From Candidatus Thorarchaeota archaeon (lineage in GTDB: Archaea > Asgardarchaeota > Thorarchaeia > Thorarchaeales > Thorarchaeaceae): 64,000 bases of DNA. The notes below the pieces were generated by a model. That model was not told the origin of the DNA. It searched no databases and worked only from the letters and a program-made list of their open reading frames with translations. A program made the translations under genes and the position numbers. This document shows positions 61,004 through 64,000 of the stretch, piece by piece. Location of the stretch: contig CAVSBO010000018.1 of assembly GCA_963726195.1 (NCBI GenBank), positions 32,001 to 96,000 of the forward strand, read 5' to 3'. Numbering within the stretch: position 1 is the stretch's first letter; each line of letters begins with the position of its first letter.

Positions 61004-61654
61004 TCACTTCTTCTCCACAAGTCGCTTGGCAAGACTTGCCGCTGTTACGGCGTCACCCGCCCATCCATCAGCTCCGATGTCTCTCGCCCACTTTTCAGTA
61101 GTAGGAGCTCCTCCGATTATCACTTTGACCTTGTCCCGGAGTCCAGCTACTCTGAGTTCATCAATAATCTTCTTCTGCACTGGCATGGATGATGTTATCA
61201 GCGATGACATCCCAACGATGTCGGGTTTCTGTTCCTTCACGTTCTTCACGAACACCTCAACTGGGACGTCTTCGCCTAAGTTTATGACCTCGAAGCCATT
61301 GGCTTCAAGCATTGTTGCTACAATGTCCTTGCCTATGCTATGGATGTCTCCTTGGACTGTGCCTATGATGACTTTCCCAACAGTCTTCATTTTCCCCTTT
61401 GTCGCTTTGAGTTCCCCCAGAAGCACGGCCATACCAGCTTTCATGGCCTTGCCCGACGCCATTAGTTCCACGAGGAATACCTCCCCTTCCCCGAACTTGT
61501 CACCGACTTCTCTGACACCCTTTGCCAGTCCGTTTGTGATTGCTTCAAGAGGTGGAATCTTTGCTTCCAGCGCCTTCCTTGCGGCTTTTTCTGCCTCATC
61601 CTTCTTTCCTCGGATGACTGCCTGTCTTAGTTCTTCAAGAATCGCGGATGACAT
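61004..61654 (-). CDS. Cognate corrinoid (B12-binding) protein
   Basis: GTVQGDIHSIGKDIV, DIVGMSSL, IIGGAP, GADG. Confidence 0.93.
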   Translation of the reverse strand: MSSAILEELRQAVIRGKKDEAEKAARKALEAKIPPLEAITNGLAKGVREVGDKFGEGEVFLVELMASGKAMKAGMAVLLGELKATKGKMKTVGKVIIGTVQGDIHSIGKDIVATMLEANGFEVINLGEDVPVEVFVKNVKEQKPDIVGMSSLITSSMPVQKKIIDELRVAGLRDKVKVIIGGAPTTEKWARDIGADGWAGDAVTAASLAKRLVEKK

Positions 61655-61702
61655 TCTGCTTTCTGCCTCAATCTTTGAATGGTTTTCAGGTTTCAATGTT
61701 GG

Positions 61703-62245
61703 CTACGTTTTTGACTCGATTGCTGAGACGATATCTCCATAGAGTAGATGAATGAAACCCTTGTCGAATTCGTACTCTTCATTCAGCATAGCATCTAGTT
61801 CTGCTTTGGTGAAATACTTCATGACGGGCTTAAAGAAGCCCTTGTCTTCTTTCGCTATGTGTTTGGGATAGAACCCCACGAGATCAGTCATCAATGCCAT
61901 GATATCCTTCATTGCTTGATTTTCACCCGAGAGGTATCTGGTCTTGGCTTCAACGAGGCTCCTTGTTGTCTTTCTCCCCCGGATGTGCTCCTCAATCAGC
62001 TCTTCCATGATGCGCCTGTGATCTTCTTCAAGCCGCTTCTTCTTCAGTTCGCGAAAAAGTATCTGTTCTTCCTTACCGTGATGACAGCGGTCGGCATAGC
62101 TTCTGAAGAAGTCAACTGCCACATCAATGAATCCAGGATCTACTTTGCCCGTCTCTTGCATTCTCTTGACTTCTCTGTCCATGACTGCAATCATTCTTTC
62201 TATGAGCCTGTGCTCCACCATTAGAGGACCAATAGGAAGTACCAT
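61703..62245 (-). CDS. Hemerythrin/HHE domain protein
   Basis: EHRLI, HHGKEEQILF, EEH, HIAKED. Confidence 0.9.
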   Translation of the reverse strand: MVLPIGPLMVEHRLIERMIAVMDREVKRMQETGKVDPGFIDVAVDFFRSYADRCHHGKEEQILFRELKKKRLEEDHRRIMEELIEEHIRGRKTTRSLVEAKTRYLSGENQAMKDIMALMTDLVGFYPKHIAKEDKGFFKPVMKYFTKAELDAMLNEEYEFDKGFIHLLYGDIVSAIESKT

Positions 62246-62357
62246 CTCATCATCTCTCCCTGTCTGTCTAGTCTGGTCAAGTTATTTTCAACTTTACGTC
62301 TGTCTGCTCTTAAAACGTGTCGAATTCAGATAGCTTCATCAGAAGCAACTCTTTCTC

Positions 62358-63365
62358 GTGGCTGCGTCCAAATCAGTACTTGGATTCGCTGCAGGCCCGT
62401 TCAGTACGGGCTTCTGGAGATGCCAAGCAATGGATCAGGTCGATGTGAAAGAGAAGGCAACGCTTGTGGAGGTGAAGGGCGCCTCAGCTCGGCGGACCCG
62501 CGTGCTACGTGTTGAGAGCGATTGCTTGTTGTCCAACACCTACATTATTGAATCTCCCAGTGCCCTTCAGATTCTTCTACAACCTTGGATTGTCGGAGCG
62601 AGGCTCGCTGGCCTTGCGCGAATCAGCAGTATTGACTTCCTTCGTATTGCCTATCATCTATGCCCCGAATTGCATGATTCTCTGCTTGGAAACATAACTG
62701 AAGTTGTTCCACTTGCAGGGTCCCTATACTACGGTATTGCAGAAGCGTTCGAAGCAGTCTTTGGTGAAGCTGTCAGTCGTTCGTTTATTGGTGCGAAACG
62801 CCAATTGTCCCCGAGCGGCTGGATAACGGAGCTTGCGTACGAGAACTTCGAGGCCTTGGCACCCAATCCCGTTATTATCATCGGAGATACAATAGCAACC
62901 GGAGGTACAATCGAGCGCATCGTGGAGACTACACTCACTCAGGCTTCGCGTGTAAGAGCAATTATCATATACGCGATAGCCGGGGGCTTGACCGGAGCAA
63001 TCCGCATAAAGCAGCTTGCCAATCGAATTGGCATTCCAATCTGGCTCTTCTGCTCCAATGCGATATTTGGAGTCGAGGATAATGGAACCGACATGCCTTG
63101 GTTACATCCGGGAACGATTGCATCTCCGAGAAACAGAAAGCAAGCAGTTATTGCTTACGGCCCTGACCTCGGACGCCGCTGGTGTTCCGTCTGGGATTGG
63201 GGCGAAAGAGCTAAGAATCCATCAAAGCATCTCGAGAGGCTTTTGGAAAGGTGTGATGTGGAGCTCTCGTCAAACGTCACCGGTCAAACCAGGACCATAG
63301 TCGGTCGCATGCAAACAGAGACAAAAAGCGTCCTTGACAAATGGAATAAACCCCTGACCATGTGA
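62358..63365 (+). CDS. Type I phosphoribosyltransferase-like protein
   Basis: PRPP-binding loop IIIGDTIATGGT. Confidence 0.7.
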   Translation: MAASKSVLGFAAGPFSTGFWRCQAMDQVDVKEKATLVEVKGASARRTRVLRVESDCLLSNTYIIESPSALQILLQPWIVGARLAGLARISSIDFLRIAYHLCPELHDSLLGNITEVVPLAGSLYYGIAEAFEAVFGEAVSRSFIGAKRQLSPSGWITELAYENFEALAPNPVIIIGDTIATGGTIERIVETTLTQASRVRAIIIYAIAGGLTGAIRIKQLANRIGIPIWLFCSNAIFGVEDNGTDMPWLHPGTIASPRNRKQAVIAYGPDLGRRWCSVWDWGERAKNPSKHLERLLERCDVELSSNVTGQTRTIVGRMQTETKSVLDKWNKPLTM

Positions 63366-63452
63366 CCACCACGCCTGTGATTTGAGGCGCATTTCTGATA
63401 TGCCTAGCGGGCTCCTTAAGAGTCTCCGCTTCCCCCGCATACTGGATGCCTG

Positions 63453-64000
63453 ATGACACTCACAAACGAGCAGAAGGAAAGATACTCGCGTACGCTGGCC
63501 CTGAAAGATTTCGGGGAGCAGGAGATGGAGAAGGTCGTGCGTGCCACAGTCTCCGTCGTTGGTGCCGGCGGACTCGGTAGCCCTGCTCTGCGGCTTCTGA
63601 CCGCGTTGGGGGTCGGTAAGATAAGAATCATTGATCGCGATATTGTGGAGTTGTCCAACCTTCAGAGGCAGACGGCCTACAACACGAGCGACATCGGGAA
63701 ACCCAAGGCGGAGGCCGCCGCGGCCAATCTGGGGTCCTTGAATCCTGACGTGAAATTCGAACCCATGTCCATATCCATTGAAATGAACAATGCGGCTGAC
63801 CTACTGAAGGGGTCAGACGTTATAGTTGATGGACTCGATACCATTCATTCCAGACAAGCAATCAATTCAGCCAGTGTGGCCCTGAAGATACCCTACGTGT
63901 TTGCAGGTGCGATCGAGTACTATGCCAACCTGACAACGTTCCTACCCGGTCAGACCGGATGCTTACACTGCATGATGGGTGATGCCCAGGACAATCCACA
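63453..64000 (+). CDS. ThiF/MoeB/E1-like adenylyltransferase (runs off the window)
   Basis: Manual translation: ERYSRTL...VVGAGGLGS...DRDIVELSNLQRQ...GKPKAE...CLHC. Confidence 0.92.
   Translation, partial: MTLTNEQKERYSRTLALKDFGEQEMEKVVRATVSVVGAGGLGSPALRLLTALGVGKIRIIDRDIVELSNLQRQTAYNTSDIGKPKAEAAAANLGSLNPDVKFEPMSISIEMNNAADLLKGSDVIVDGLDTIHSRQAINSASVALKIPYVFAGAIEYYANLTTFLPGQTGCLHCMMGDAQDNP

Overview
Archaeal chromosomal segment, most likely an Asgard archaeon (Thorarchaeia-like). This is an inference from the divergent archaeal 16S, the Rpc34/SRP19/Gar1 block, Mch, non-Pyl MttB and gene content. Most of the window is housekeeping and metabolism: CopG-ftsZ, Lsm, OFOR beta/gamma, SAMP, mch, GH31, pyrB, dCMP deaminase, rlmE, trm1, acs, polX, pyrH, valS, M1 peptidase, MttB plus corrinoid protein and ThiF. 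It has five tRNAs, three with intervening sequences, and one unlinked 16S rRNA carrying two short BHB introns, one of them immediately upstream of the anti-Shine-Dalgarno. The most striking structure lies directly downstream of the 16S gene. The 16S 3' end/3' processing-stem strand recurs as four direct copies (about 56244-56439, 57803-57859, 58778-58973, 59391-59408). The copies separate antisense-oriented cargo units (two hypotheticals, a VapBC toxin-antitoxin pair, a small hypothetical). This looks like an integrase-less cassette or tandem-integration array at the 16S trailer. Other candidates are a pseudoknotted ncRNA (19627-19729), a PEP-synthase-like dikinase split into pieces, C55 T-loops in two tRNAs, and a four-repeat membrane protein pair. 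About ten genes carry single frameshifts, most simply explained as long-read indel errors.
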